A stretch of DNA of 64,000 nucleotides, taken from an uncultured Chloroflexia bacterium. Lineage in GTDB: Bacteria; Chloroflexota; Limnocylindria; Limnocylindrales; CSP1-4. The notes beneath the pieces were generated by a model. It had not been told where the DNA came from and did not search any database. It saw only the letters and a list, made by a program, of their open reading frames with translations. The stretch spans positions 130,863 through 194,862 of the forward strand of contig CAVQNC010000007.1 in the NCBI GenBank assembly GCA_963713795.1. The letters run 5' to 3'. The position numbers were made by a program, and so were the translations under genes. Every line of letters begins with the position of its first letter. The first letter of the stretch is position 1. Below are positions 41,181-53,472 of this stretch, in pieces.

Positions 41181-42149
41181 GTGGATCCCCGCATCGAGGA
41201 TGTGGACACGCCGGCAAGCGGCGGTCCGACGGCTGATTACGAAGTCGCCCTGGTCTCATTGAACCAGTGGCAACTCGCCTGGCGCCGCTTCAGGAAGCAC
41301 AAGCTCGCTCTCCTGGGTGCCGCGCTCTTCCTGGGCATGGTCCTGATAGCCATCATCGGCCCGATCATCCTGCCCTACGATCCGACGTACGTGCCTTCCT
41401 TTGCGGACAAGTTCTGCCCGGACAGCACGAGGATCGCTTACAGCGGTTGCCCGCCGCTGACTCCGGGTCACCTGCTCGGGACCACTGGGAGCCTGCGCCT
41501 CGACCTGCTGACGCTGATCGTGAACGGCGCCCGGCTTTCGCTCATCATCGGCGTCGGCGCATCGCTCTTCTCGACCGTCATCGGCACGATCGTCGGCGGA
41601 ATCGCCGGCTACTTCGGCGGATGGGTGGACAACATCCTGATGCGCATAGTCGACGTCCTGCTCAGCGTGCCGTTCCTTTTCGTGATCATCTGGTGCGCCA
41701 AGGTCATCGGCAACGGCGACTGGCGGGTGATCCTGATCGTCTTCGCCGTCCTCGGCTGGCCGGGTCTCGCCCGGCTGGTGCGGAGCCTCTTCCTGACCCT
41801 GAGGACTGAGGTCTTCGTCGACGCGGCCCGGGCCGTCGGTGTGGGCGACATGCGGATCATCTTCAAGCACATCCTGCCGAATGCCGTCAGCCCGATCATC
41901 GTCGCGACGACCCTCTCGGTCGCGGGCGTGATCATCAGCGAGGCGTTCATCAGCTTCATCGGCTACGGCGTGGACCCGGCCAAATACCCGACGTGGGGAA
42001 ACATCCTCACGGGCGGGCTGGACTTCGTCGGCCAGGGCAACTGGTGGTGGACGCTGTTCCCGGGCCTGGCGATCGTCATCACCGTCCTGGGCATCAACTT
42101 CATGGGCGACGGTCTGCGCGACGCCCTCGACCCGAGGAGCCGTGAGTGA
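41181..42149 (+). CDS. Peptide ABC transporter permease (DppC/OppC-like)
   Basis: N-terminal OppC_N-like segment, EAA loop ([20 protein letters not shown]). Confidence 0.85.
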   Translation: MDPRIEDVDTPASGGPTADYEVALVSLNQWQLAWRRFRKHKLALLGAALFLGMVLIAIIGPIILPYDPTYVPSFADKFCPDSTRIAYSGCPPLTPGHLLGTTGSLRLDLLTLIVNGARLSLIIGVGASLFSTVIGTIVGGIAGYFGGWVDNILMRIVDVLLSVPFLFVIIWCAKVIGNGDWRVILIVFAVLGWPGLARLVRSLFLTLRTEVFVDAARAVGVGDMRIIFKHILPNAVSPIIVATTLSVAGVIISEAFISFIGYGVDPAKYPTWGNILTGGLDFVGQGNWWWTLFPGLAIVITVLGINFMGDGLRDALDPRSRE

Positions 42150-43225
42150 GCATTGATCCCGTCCCCACGAACCCAGCTTCGGCCACGCAGGAGGCTCCGC
42201 TCCTGGACGTCCGCGGCCTTAGAACCTACTTCCACGTCATGGACGGGACCGTCAAGGCCGTCGACGGCGTCGACTTCTCGATCCCTCGCGGCGGTACGGT
42301 CGGACTCGTCGGGGAGTCGGGCTGCGGCAAGAGCGTCACGGCGCATTCGATCATGCGCCTGATCGACATCCCGCCCGGCGAGATCGCCGGCGGGGAGATC
42401 TGGTTCGACGGCCGCGACCTCCTCAAGCTGTCGAAGGACAAGATGCGGCACGTTCGCGGCGGAGAGATCGCGATGATCTTCCAGGAGCCGATGACCAGCC
42501 TCAACCCCGTCTTCACGATCGGTGACCAGATCTCAGAGGCGGTCCTTCTTCACAACAAGACCAACAAGAAAGAGGCGATGGAGCGGTCGATAGAGTCCCT
42601 TCGCCTGGTGGGCGTCTCCGCTCCGGAGCGGCGTGTGAAGCAGTACCCGCACGAACTGTCCGGCGGCATGCGCCAGCGAGCGATGATCGCCATGGCCCTC
42701 TCGTGCAACCCTAAGCTGCTCATCGCCGATGAGCCCACGACGGCCCTGGACGTCACGATCCAGGCCCAGATCCTCGAGCTGATCAAGGAGCTGCAGGCGC
42801 GGACGGGAACGGCCCTGCTGCTGATCACGCACGACCTGGCGGTCGTGGCCGAGACGGTTCAGACAATCTCCGTCATGTACGCCGGCCGGATCGTCGAGGC
42901 GGGAACCGTGGACGAGGTGCTGCTCAGTCCGCAGCACCCGTACACGCAGGGGCTTCTCAGCTCGATCCCAGGCGTCAAGAAGCGCGGCGAGGCCCTCTCC
43001 GTCATCAAGGGAGTCGTACCCAACCCATTCCGCATGCCGCCGGGCTGCAAGTTCCAGCCGCGCTGCCCGTTTGCATGGGAGCGCTGCACTCAGTCCGAGC
43101 CCGCCCTGCTGGCTACCGCTGGCGGTGGGACCTCGCGCTGTTTCCTGCATGCGCCCGAGGGAGCCAGCCGGAGGTCGGCCTTCGAGAAGGCCGCAGCCGG
43201 GGCAGTCGAAAGCGCGGCCGGCTGA
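42146..43225 (+). CDS. Peptide ABC transporter ATP-binding protein (DppD/OppD-like)
   Basis: Walker A GESGCGKS, signature LSGGMRQR, oligopeptide C-terminal Cys-containing domain. Confidence 0.85.
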   Translation: MSIDPVPTNPASATQEAPLLDVRGLRTYFHVMDGTVKAVDGVDFSIPRGGTVGLVGESGCGKSVTAHSIMRLIDIPPGEIAGGEIWFDGRDLLKLSKDKMRHVRGGEIAMIFQEPMTSLNPVFTIGDQISEAVLLHNKTNKKEAMERSIESLRLVGVSAPERRVKQYPHELSGGMRQRAMIAMALSCNPKLLIADEPTTALDVTIQAQILELIKELQARTGTALLLITHDLAVVAETVQTISVMYAGRIVEAGTVDEVLLSPQHPYTQGLLSSIPGVKKRGEALSVIKGVVPNPFRMPPGCKFQPRCPFAWERCTQSEPALLATAGGGTSRCFLHAPEGASRRSAFEKAAAGAVESAAG

Positions 43226-43226
43226 G

Positions 43227-44378
43227 ATGAGCGACGTCTTGAACCCAACGACGCAGCCGACCGCAGCGGCGACCGGGGCAGTCGCGTCCGCGGTGCCGCC
43301 GACGCGGGGCGAAGTCCTCCTCGACGCCTCACACGTCAAGAAGCACTTCCCGATCATGGGCGGCCTGCTGCGGCACCAGATCGGCCAGGTCTATGCCGTC
43401 GATGACGTGAGCCTGCAGATCTACCGCGGCGAGAAGTTCGGCCTGGTCGGGGAGTCCGGCTGCGGCAAGACGACTTTCGGGCGGACGATCCTGCGGCTGG
43501 AACGGGCCACCGCCGGCGCGGTCTCGATGAACGGCGTGGACGTCCTCACCCTGAAGGGCAAGGCCCTGAAGAAGATGCGGCAGCGGATGCAGATCATCTT
43601 CCAGGACCCCTACGGGTCGTTGAACCCGCGGATGCCGATCAGCGACATCATCGGCGAAGGCCTGCTGGCCCAGGCCGACAAGGAGAACGGATGGGCCACG
43701 CGGTCCATCCGGGACGCGCGCGTCGGCGATTATCTCGAGGCCGTCGGCCTCAGGCGCGACTACTCGCGGCGGTACCCGCACGAGTTCTCCGGCGGCCAGC
43801 GACAGCGGATCGGCATCGCCCGCGCGCTCGCCCTGGCGCCGGAATTCGTCGTCTGCGACGAACCCGTCTCCGCACTGGACGTGTCGATCCAGTCGCAGAT
43901 CCTGAACCTGCTGTCGGACCTGAGATCGGAGTTCAACCTCACTTACCTGTTCATCGCTCACAACCTGTCGGTCGTGCAGTATTTCTGCGATCGGATCGGA
44001 GTGATGTACCTCGGCAAGCTGGTCGAGGTCGCGGCGACAGACGTACTGTACGAGAGCCCCCAGCATCCATACTCGGTGGCTCTCCTGTCGGCCATCCCCG
44101 TGCCCGATCCGCGTGTGCGGAAGAAGCGGCTAGTCCTCAGGGGCGACGTTCCGTCGCCGGCGAACCCGCCGTCCGGATGCCGTTTCCATACGCGCTGCTG
44201 GCTCCGCGAGAGGCTCGGCAATCCGGCGGAGTGCTCGGAAACGGAGCCGCTCCTGCGGTCGGTGGGTAGTGGCCACGACGTGGCCTGCCATTTCACGGAG
44301 CAGGTGACAGCCCAGGCAGTCCAGGAGGCCGCGCAGGCTCAGTCGACCATCAACACGGCCGTGGCCGCGGAGGACTGA
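43227..44378 (+). CDS. Peptide ABC transporter ATP-binding protein (DppF/OppF-like)
   Basis: Walker [18 protein letters not shown]-terminal oligopeptide domain; ATG directly after upstream stop. Confidence 0.85.
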   Translation: MSDVLNPTTQPTAAATGAVASAVPPTRGEVLLDASHVKKHFPIMGGLLRHQIGQVYAVDDVSLQIYRGEKFGLVGESGCGKTTFGRTILRLERATAGAVSMNGVDVLTLKGKALKKMRQRMQIIFQDPYGSLNPRMPISDIIGEGLLAQADKENGWATRSIRDARVGDYLEAVGLRRDYSRRYPHEFSGGQRQRIGIARALALAPEFVVCDEPVSALDVSIQSQILNLLSDLRSEFNLTYLFIAHNLSVVQYFCDRIGVMYLGKLVEVAATDVLYESPQHPYSVALLSAIPVPDPRVRKKRLVLRGDVPSPANPPSGCRFHTRCWLRERLGNPAECSETEPLLRSVGSGHDVACHFTEQVTAQAVQEAAQAQSTINTAVAAED

Positions 44379-44549
44379 TCGAGCCGCGTTAATCCTATGC
44401 GGACGCGGCCCGTCTGATGTACGGTGATAAGAGCCCCCGGGCGAGAGCCCAGGGTTGATTCTGTGTAGCCAGGCGGGCGGGACTCATCGCGCCTCACGGC
44501 GCGGTTGCCCTCGGTCCCCCCGATGGCGACTACGTGGAAGGGAGTGGAG

Positions 44550-46280
44550 ATGAAGCGTCTATCTTCCTTGTTGGCCGTGGCGGCCCTGATTGCCACGGCC
44601 TGCAGTAGTGCGGCCTCGCCGTCTCCGACGGTTGCGCCCGCTACTCAAGCCCCGGGAGCCACCCCGACGGTGGCTCCGACCCCGACGCCCGGGCCCACGG
44701 CGGTCGAGGGCGGCACTATGGTGTACGCGCTCAACGGTGACATGGTCCTGGCCGATCCTTCGCTCGTCAGCGACGGCAACTCCCTGCTCGTCGAGGCCCA
44801 GGTCGTCCAGGGCCTGCTCGGGCTGCAGCCCGGCACGATCAGCACGGTCATCCCGGTGCTGGCCGCTGCCCTGCCCACCGTCAGCGCGGATGGCAAGACG
44901 TACACGTTCAAGCTCCGGACCGGCATCAAGTTCCAGGACGGCACCGACTTCAACGCGGACGCCGTCGTCTATAACTACAACCGCTGGCAGAACTTCCCGG
45001 CCGGCGACCTCCAGACCGACGCCTACTACTACGGCGCCGTCTTCGGCGGCTTCGGGTCGGCCTCCAACGTGGCGTCTGTGACGGCCCCGGACGAGCAGAC
45101 CGTGGTCATCACCCTCAAGACCCCGCAGTCCAACTTCGAGCTGGCCTCGACCCTCGCCGTCTTCGGCATCCAGAGCCCGACGGCGCTGAAGAACGGCAAC
45201 GCGGACGCGACCCCGATCTCGTCCAACAAGTACGCCCAGGGCGAGCTTCCGCAGGGCCAGGACATGGTCGGCACCGGACCGTTCATCTTCAAGGAGTGGG
45301 TCCCAGGCGACCACGTCACCCTCGTTAAGAATCCGTCCTACTGGGACGCCGCCAACGCGGCTTACCTCGATCAGGTCACCTTCAAGCCCATCGGCGACTC
45401 CACCGCCACGCTGCAGGCCCTGCAGTCCGGCGGCGTCGACGCGGCCTTCTCGATCTCGCCGACGGACGTCAAGACGGCGCAGAGCTCCGGGCTCACGATC
45501 ATCGATCGCGGCGCCTCCTGCAACCAGCTCAACCTCGACATGAACCAGAGCGTCGGCGGCAAGGCGACCATCTACGCCAACGCGAAGGTCCGCCTGGCCA
45601 TCTCCGAGGCTGTCAACAAGCAGAGCTACGTGACGGCGTTCTACTCGGGCCTGGGCAAGGTGCCGACGGGCTTCATGCCGCCGGCCACCATCGGCTTCAA
45701 GGCCGAGACACTGCCCGCCTACAACGCGGCCCAGGCCAAGACCGACCTCGCCGCGTCCGGCGTGACCGGCTCGGCTCTCAACATCGACCTCTACTACCCC
45801 TCCAACGTGGTCCGGCCCTACATGCCTGATCCCCAGGGCATCGCTACGGCCATCGCCAACGACCTCACGGCGGCGGGCTTCACCGTGAGCCTCAAGACCG
45901 AGGACTGGCACGGCGGATACGTCAGCGACGCCACGGCCGGCAAGCTGCCGCTGTACCTCTTCGGCTGGACCTGCGACTGGGCCGGCGCCGACAACTTCCT
46001 CTATACGGCGTGGTTCGGCTACCAGAACGGCAAGCCCAACCCGCAGTTCGGCTGGGCCAACGCCCAGGCCAACACGGACATGCTGCAGGCTCTCCAGGCG
46101 CCCACTGAGGCCGCCGCGAACACCCTGTGGGGCCAGGTCCAGGATCTCCTGGCCCAGGATCTCCCCGTGGTTCCGATCGTCAACTCGCAGCCGCCGGGCG
46201 CATACACGTCCAAGGTCCACGGCTACGTGGGCGCCAGCAACGGCATCGAGTACCTGAACACCGTCTGGCTTTCGCAGTAG
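44550..46280 (+). CDS. ABC transporter substrate-binding lipoprotein, family 5 - paralog 3 (second locus)
   Basis: Lipobox LIATAC, SBP_bac_5 pattern; GGGAG RBS. Confidence 0.85.
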   Translation: MKRLSSLLAVAALIATACSSAASPSPTVAPATQAPGATPTVAPTPTPGPTAVEGGTMVYALNGDMVLADPSLVSDGNSLLVEAQVVQGLLGLQPGTISTVIPVLAAALPTVSADGKTYTFKLRTGIKFQDGTDFNADAVVYNYNRWQNFPAGDLQTDAYYYGAVFGGFGSASNVASVTAPDEQTVVITLKTPQSNFELASTLAVFGIQSPTALKNGNADATPISSNKYAQGELPQGQDMVGTGPFIFKEWVPGDHVTLVKNPSYWDAANAAYLDQVTFKPIGDSTATLQALQSGGVDAAFSISPTDVKTAQSSGLTIIDRGASCNQLNLDMNQSVGGKATIYANAKVRLAISEAVNKQSYVTAFYSGLGKVPTGFMPPATIGFKAETLPAYNAAQAKTDLAASGVTGSALNIDLYYPSNVVRPYMPDPQGIATAIANDLTAAGFTVSLKTEDWHGGYVSDATAGKLPLYLFGWTCDWAGADNFLYTAWFGYQNGKPNPQFGWANAQANTDMLQALQAPTEAAANTLWGQVQDLLAQDLPVVPIVNSQPPGAYTSKVHGYVGASNGIEYLNTVWLSQ

Positions 46281-46397
46281 CGCCCGCAGCCGGGCGGCGA
46301 CACCGCGCGGCAGGGCTGTAAGATTCGATGAAACGGGCCCCCCGGGGTCGGTCAAGACCCCGGGGGGCTCCTATCAGCGGAGGGATCTCCTCACAGC

Positions 46398-47402
46398 GTG
46401 GCAAGGTTCATCATCCGGCGCGTGCTCGTCGCAATCCCGGTCCTCTTCGGCCTGTCCCTGATCCTGTTCCTGTTCCTCCGGCTCCTGCCGGGCGGCGGGC
46501 CGGCCGAAGCCATCCTCGGGCAGCACGCGACGCCGCAGCTGGTGGCCCAGATCACGGCCACGGAGGGCCTCGACAAGCCCCTCTACGTGCAATACATGAC
46601 CTACGTAGGCCGGCTGCTCCACGGTGACTTCGGCGCGAGCTTCATCGACGGCCGGGAGGTCGCGGCCACTTTCCTGGTTCGCTTCCCGGCAACGATCGAG
46701 TTGACGATGGGAGCCCTGATCTTCGCCATCGGGCTCGGTATCCCCCTCGGCCGGCTGGCCGCGCGGCACCCGAACAGCTGGATCGACGGCATCGTGACCG
46801 TCATCTCACTCTTTGGCATCTCGATCCCGGTCTTCGTCCTGGGCTACACGCTGGCCTTCATCTTCGGGGTCGAGCTCCACTGGCTGCCGACCTTCGGACA
46901 GCTCGATCCGCGCCTGCCCATCAACCCGGTCACCCACTTCGCGATCATCGATGCCATCCTGGCCGGCAACTGGTACGTGATCGACGCCGTCTCCCACCTG
47001 ATCCTGCCGTCGATCGCCCTGGGCACGATTCCCCTGGCGGTCTTCACAAGGATCACCCGCGCCTCGGTCATCGAGGTCAGCAACGAGGACTACGTCCGGA
47101 CCGCCCGGGCCAAGGGCTTGGCGGACCGGCGCGTCAACAGCCGCCACATCATGCGCAACGCCTGGCTGCCGGTGACCACCGTCATCGGCCTGGAGACCGG
47201 AGCGCTGCTGGCCGGCGCCGTGCTGACCGAGACCGTCTTCTCCTGGAACGGGGTGGGCTCCTGGGTCGTCAGCTCCATCCAGAACCACGACTACATCGTC
47301 GTCCAGTCGCTGATCCTGATCTTCGCCGTGATCTTCCTCACGGTGAACCTGATCGTGGACGTGGGCTACGCCTTCCTCAACCCGCGTATCAGGTACGGCT
47401 GA
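46398..47402 (+). CDS. Peptide ABC transporter permease (DppB-like), second locus
   Basis: MARFIIRRVLVAIPVLFGLS N-terminus, EAA loop; GTG start. Confidence 0.85.
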   Translation: MARFIIRRVLVAIPVLFGLSLILFLFLRLLPGGGPAEAILGQHATPQLVAQITATEGLDKPLYVQYMTYVGRLLHGDFGASFIDGREVAATFLVRFPATIELTMGALIFAIGLGIPLGRLAARHPNSWIDGIVTVISLFGISIPVFVLGYTLAFIFGVELHWLPTFGQLDPRLPINPVTHFAIIDAILAGNWYVIDAVSHLILPSIALGTIPLAVFTRITRASVIEVSNEDYVRTARAKGLADRRVNSRHIMRNAWLPVTTVIGLETGALLAGAVLTETVFSWNGVGSWVVSSIQNHDYIVVQSLILIFAVIFLTVNLIVDVGYAFLNPRIRYG

Positions 47403-47403
47403 G

Positions 47404-48294
47404 ATGACGACCTCCACTGGCGTGGCCATCGCTCCGACCGCCCGGGTCAGCCGCGGGCTCTGGCACGACGCCTTCCGGCGCCTGATGCGCAACCGCCCGG
47501 CGATCGTGGGCATTGTCTTCATCGCGATCTTCGTGTTCGGGGCCGTCTTCGCGCCTCTGATCGCGCCGTACGGCCCGACGGTAGGCTCGCTCGCGAACAG
47601 CCTCCAGGGCCCCAGCCCGGCCCACATCATGGGCACGGACCTCCAGGGCTACGACGAGTTCAGCCGCGTCCTCTACGGCGCCCGGATCAGCCTGACGGTC
47701 GGCGTGGTCGCCGTCGTGTTCGGACTGATCGGCGGCGTGACCGTCGGCGCAATCGCCGGCGGAGCCGGCGGCGTGGTCGACGGCGTGCTGATGCGAGTCA
47801 TCGACGTCCTGCTGGCCGTTCCCGGCATCCTGCTGGCGATCGGGATCGTGGCCTGGCTCGGCCACGGTGAGATCCAGATCATGCTGGCGGTCGGCATCTC
47901 CTACTCGCCGATCTTCGCCCGGCTGCTGAGGGGCAGCCTGCTGGCCCTGCGCGAGTCGGACTACGTCATCGCCGCCCGTTCCATGGGGGCGTCGCCCCTT
48001 CGCATCCTGCTGCGCCACATGATGCCGAATGCCCTGACGCCGCTGATCGTGCAGGCCACGCTGGCCGCGGCGACGGCCATCATCGACGTGGCCGGCCTGG
48101 GTTTCCTGGGACTCGGACCGGGAGACCCCAGGGTGGCCGAGTGGGGCGAGATGCTCACGAACTCATCGCGCTTCCTGCAGTCCGCACCGTATCTGATCTT
48201 CTTCCCCGGCGCCGCGATCGTCATCAGCGCCGTCGGTTTCAACCTCCTGGGCGACGGGCTGCGCGAGGCGCTCGACCCACGCTTGAAGAGGTAG
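47404..48294 (+). CDS. Peptide ABC transporter permease (DppC-like), second locus
   Basis: OppC-like topology, EAA loop (AARSMGASPLRILLRHMMPN). Confidence 0.85.
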   Translation: MTTSTGVAIAPTARVSRGLWHDAFRRLMRNRPAIVGIVFIAIFVFGAVFAPLIAPYGPTVGSLANSLQGPSPAHIMGTDLQGYDEFSRVLYGARISLTVGVVAVVFGLIGGVTVGAIAGGAGGVVDGVLMRVIDVLLAVPGILLAIGIVAWLGHGEIQIMLAVGISYSPIFARLLRGSLLALRESDYVIAARSMGASPLRILLRHMMPNALTPLIVQATLAAATAIIDVAGLGFLGLGPGDPRVAEWGEMLTNSSRFLQSAPYLIFFPGAAIVISAVGFNLLGDGLREALDPRLKR

Positions 48295-48296
48295 TC

Positions 48297-49369
48297 ATGG
48301 CCCTGTTGTCGGTGCGCGATCTGGTCGTTCAATTCAAGACCCACGATGGCACGGTCTATGCCGTGAACGGCGTCTCCTTCGACCTGGAGGAGGGCGAGAC
48401 CTTGGGCCTCGTGGGCGAGTCGGGCTGCGGCAAGAGCGTCACCAACCTGGCCGTCATGCGGCTGCTGCCGCAGCCGGCCGGGCGGATCGTGAGCGGTCAG
48501 GTCAACTTCCAGAACGAGGATCTCGTCGGCCTGGACGAGGCCGAGATGCGCGACCTTCGGGGCAAGGAGATCGCCATGATCTTCCAGGACCCCATGACGA
48601 GCCTGAACCCGGTCCTGACCATCGAGGAGCAGATGGTCGAGACGATCAAGGCCCACAGGAAGGTCTCGGGCAGGGATGCCAGGGCGCGGACGATCGAACT
48701 CCTGACGATGGTCGGCATTTCCGAGCCGGAGCGGCGCCTGCGTGACTTTCCGCACCAGTTCAGCGGCGGCATGCGCCAGCGCGTGATGATCGCGATGGCC
48801 CTGGCGCTGGAGCCCAAGCTCCTGATCGCGGACGAGCCCACGACGGCTCTCGACGTAACCATCCAGGCCCAGGTTCTCGAACTGCTGAGCCGTCTCGCCG
48901 CCGATCAAGGGACCGCCGTGATCCTGATCACCCACGATCTCGGCGTCGTGGCCGGGATGACCCGCCGCATCAACGTCATGTACGCCGGCTATGTCGTGGA
49001 GAGCGCAACGACGGCCGATCTGTTCGCCAAGCCCTCCCATCCCTACACCGTCGGCCTGCTGCACTCGATGCCGCGCCTCGACGCCCAACCCGGCGAGCCG
49101 TTGATTCCCATCGAAGGCACGCCACCGGATCTTCGTTTCGCGCCCGTCGGCTGCCCCTTCGCGCCCCGCTGCGCCTGGCGCGTGGAGCGCTGCTGGAAGG
49201 AGATGCCCGGGCTCGAGCCGATCGAGGCGGCCGCCGACATCCAGATGACCGGACCGAGGGCGACCCATAGATCAGCGTGCTGGAACCGCCCGACCGCGCC
49301 CGAGGCGGACGCGGGCCGGCCGATGAGGCCCGATTTCAGCCCCGCGCCCGCACCGATCGAGGCGGACCG

Positions 49370-49373
<4 letters not shown>
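48297..49373 (+). CDS. Peptide ABC transporter ATP-binding protein (DppD-like), second locus
   Basis: [16 protein letters not shown]. Confidence 0.85.
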
Positions 49374-50557
<1,184 letters not shown>

Positions 50558-50655
50558 ACTCTGGTGAGCAGATCTCGTTGACGGCGCGCTCGTCGCCCGT
50601 ATTCGGCGCGCCGGAGCCGGGACGGTCGGCAGCGAGAACCAGGAAGGATGGGACC

Positions 50656-52332
50656 GTGAAGCGTTGGGCATCGATCGCGGCACTGGTGGCCCTCGTGGTT
50701 GCGGCCTGCGGCGGCGGTTCCAGCGCGACCGCGCAGTACGTGGGCCCCAAACTCGGTGGCACCCTCACCGTCGCGCTCGATGGCGACATTCACGGCGCCG
50801 ATCCGTCGCTGGTCAGCGACACCGAATCCATCTACGTCGCGAACCAGGTCGTGGAGGGCCTGGTCGGGCTGGAGCCCGGCACTACCAGCACCATAGTTCC
50901 GGTCCTGGCCTCCGCCCTACCGACGGTCAGTCCCGATGGGCTCACCTACACGTTCAAGCTGCGGACGGGCATCAAGTTTCACGACGGGACCGACTTCAAC
51001 GCCGCCGCGGTCAAGTTCAACTACGACCGCTGGAATGCGTATCCGAAAGGCGACCTCCAGACCGCGGCCGCGTACTATTCGGCGGTCTTCGGGGGCTTCG
51101 GCAGCTCGTCCAACGTGTTCGCGGTCGACGCGCCGGATCCGACGACGGTCGTGTTCCACCTGCGGCACGCCCAGAGCAACTTCCTGATCACCCAGACGGT
51201 GTCTGTCTTCGGCATCCAGAGCCCGACCGCCATCACGGCCAATGACGGCAACAATCCGAAGCTGGCCAGCAACCCGTACGCCCTGGGGACCAACGGGCAG
51301 GGCAAGGCCATGGTCGGCACCGGGCCGTTCATGTTCAGCGAGTGGGTTCCGGGCGACCACGTCACCCTGGTCAAGAACCCCGACTACTGGAACTCGGCCG
51401 CCGAGCCCTATCTCGACCAGATCGTGTTCAAGCCCTACGCGAACTCAACCGCGGAGCTGGCGGCGCTCAAGTCCGGCGCGGTCGATCTCGTCGAGTCGCT
51501 GGATCCGGCCGGCGTGGCGCTTGCGCGCGAGGATTCAAACCTGGTGGTGCTCGATCGTGGCTTCGGCTGCAACCTGACCCAGCTCGGGATGAACGACTTC
51601 GACACGATTGGTGGGCAGCCCAACCTGCTCGCGAACTCCGGCGTCCGTACTGCCATCGCGGCCGCCGTGAACAAGCCGGCCTACATCAGCAACTTCTACG
51701 CGGGCGAAGCCACTGTCGCCGACAGCTGGCTCCCGCAGGGTGCGCTGTACTACAAAGGCGAGTATCTGCCGACCTTCAATATCGCCGCCTCGAAGGGCGA
51801 CCTGGCGGCGGCCGGCGTACCCACCAGCGGCCTGGCCGTCGACCTGTGGTACCCGACCGACGCCCCCGAGGCAGTCTTCCCCAACGCGAAGGGACTGGCC
51901 GAGGCGATCGCCTCCGATCTCGGCGCGGCCGGCTTCACGGTTACGCTCCACAGCGAGGCCTATTCGCCCAACTACCTCTCCGATCAGGCAGCCGGAAAGA
52001 TGCAGATGTGGCTGCAGAGCCGGTCCTGCCGGTGGGCCAGCGCCGACGACTTTCTCTACGCCTTGTTCGCCTACAGCAGCGGCGCTCCCTCGGCCATGTT
52101 CGAGTACAAGAACGATGCCCTGAACGCGCTCATGGCCACGGCGCTCGCCGACACGGATCCAGCCACCACGGCGGCCGACTGGGAGAAGGCCCAGGATCTG
52201 ATCGCGCCCGACATGCCGACCGTTCCCCTCCTCAGTGCCAAGCTGCCGGCCGGCAGCCAGGCGTACGTGAAGGGGTTCGTTGGAGCAGGCAACAGGACCG
52301 AGATCCTGAACACGGTCTGGCTGGACAAGTAG
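50656..52332 (+). CDS. ABC transporter substrate-binding lipoprotein, family 5 - paralog 4 (tandem downstream of second locus)
   Basis: Lipobox LVVAAC, colinear with paralog 3; GTG start after AGGAAGG RBS. Confidence 0.8.
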   Translation: MKRWASIAALVALVVAACGGGSSATAQYVGPKLGGTLTVALDGDIHGADPSLVSDTESIYVANQVVEGLVGLEPGTTSTIVPVLASALPTVSPDGLTYTFKLRTGIKFHDGTDFNAAAVKFNYDRWNAYPKGDLQTAAAYYSAVFGGFGSSSNVFAVDAPDPTTVVFHLRHAQSNFLITQTVSVFGIQSPTAITANDGNNPKLASNPYALGTNGQGKAMVGTGPFMFSEWVPGDHVTLVKNPDYWNSAAEPYLDQIVFKPYANSTAELAALKSGAVDLVESLDPAGVALAREDSNLVVLDRGFGCNLTQLGMNDFDTIGGQPNLLANSGVRTAIAAAVNKPAYISNFYAGEATVADSWLPQGALYYKGEYLPTFNIAASKGDLAAAGVPTSGLAVDLWYPTDAPEAVFPNAKGLAEAIASDLGAAGFTVTLHSEAYSPNYLSDQAAGKMQMWLQSRSCRWASADDFLYALFAYSSGAPSAMFEYKNDALNALMATALADTDPATTAADWEKAQDLIAPDMPTVPLLSAKLPAGSQAYVKGFVGAGNRTEILNTVWLDK

Positions 52333-52411
52333 GGGCCGGCTCGGCCTGCGGCGGGGAAACGGCGCGCAGGGGTCCGCGCCGCGGCGCCGAGCCGCCGACA
52401 GTGGGATCTGC

Positions 52412-52442
52412 CCGGCAACCGATGAGGCGGCCGCGTTGCCGG
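52412..52442 (+). terminator. Hairpin (8-bp stem CCGGCAAC/GTTGCCGG, 15-nt loop) after SBP paralog 4
   Basis: Perfect inverted repeat in the 156-nt gap before the CN-hydrolase gene. Confidence 0.3.
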
Positions 52443-52488
52443 CACGCCCGCGGCTTCATTCCCGACGGTCCGAGGCTAGACTTCCGGC

Positions 52489-53472
52489 ATGAAGCCGCTT
52501 CGCATCGCCCTGGCACAGCTGGCGCCGACCCTGGGCGCGCTGGACGACAACATCGCCCGCCACCGCCGCACGCTCGAGACGGCCCGGCTGGCCGGCGCCG
52601 ACCTGGTCGTCTTTCCGGAACTCGGCCTGACCGGTTACCAGCTTCAGGACCTGGCCGCCGAAGTGGCGATGGCCGCCGACGACCCGCGGCTGCTGAACCT
52701 GGCGGCCGCAGCGGACGGCCTCTCCGCGATCGTGTCGTTCGTGGAAGAGGCCGCCGACCACAGGCTCTTCATCAGCGCCGCGCTGCTGGAAGAGGGCGAG
52801 GTCCGCTTCGTCCACCGCAAGCTCTTCCTGCCGACGTACGGGCTTTTCGACGAGCGCCGCTTCTTCGCCGCGGGCGATCGGCTCCGAATCGTCGATTCCC
52901 GCCTCGGCGTGCGGCTCGGCATCGCCGTGTGTGAGGATTTCTGGCACCTGGCCGTGCCCGAGACACTCGCCCTCGACGGCGCCCAGATCCTGATCAACGT
53001 CTCATCCTCGCCGGGCCGGGACCTGGCCGCCATCCACGAAGTCGGGCTCGGAACGGCGGCCTCCTGGCGGACGTTGATGCGGACCTACGCCCAGCTGACG
53101 ACGAGCTTCGTGGTCTTCTGCAATCGCGTCGGGACCGACGAGACGGTCAGCTTCTGGGGCGGATCCGAAGTGATCGCCCCGAGCGGCGAGGCGCTCTTCA
53201 CGGCGCCGCTCTTCGACGAGGGCCTTCACTTCGTGGACATCGAGTTGGGCGACGTGCGACGCGAGCGCATCGGCCTGCCGCTCCTGCGCGACGAGCGACC
53301 TGAGCTGCACCTGCGGGAGCTGCGTCGCATCCTGGCCGAGAGGACGGAGATGACCCTGGACCAGGCCAGCGAGGGTCCCGTCGACGCGAACCCGCGCCCG
53401 AGCGGGGCCAGCGGCGCGGGCGCCGGACCCGGGCAGGCCGGAGGCCCACCCGACCGGTCCGAGCGGGACTGA
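52489..53472 (+). CDS. Carbon-nitrogen hydrolase (nitrilase superfamily) - glutaminase subunit of split NAD+ synthetase
   Basis: IALAQL...FPELGLTGY (catalytic E), KLFLPTY (K), AVCEDFWH (C) triad; immediately upstream of and overlapping nadE. Confidence 0.8.
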   Translation: MKPLRIALAQLAPTLGALDDNIARHRRTLETARLAGADLVVFPELGLTGYQLQDLAAEVAMAADDPRLLNLAAAADGLSAIVSFVEEAADHRLFISAALLEEGEVRFVHRKLFLPTYGLFDERRFFAAGDRLRIVDSRLGVRLGIAVCEDFWHLAVPETLALDGAQILINVSSSPGRDLAAIHEVGLGTAASWRTLMRTYAQLTTSFVVFCNRVGTDETVSFWGGSEVIAPSGEALFTAPLFDEGLHFVDIELGDVRRERIGLPLLRDERPELHLRELRRILAERTEMTLDQASEGPVDANPRPSGASGAGAGPGQAGGPPDRSERD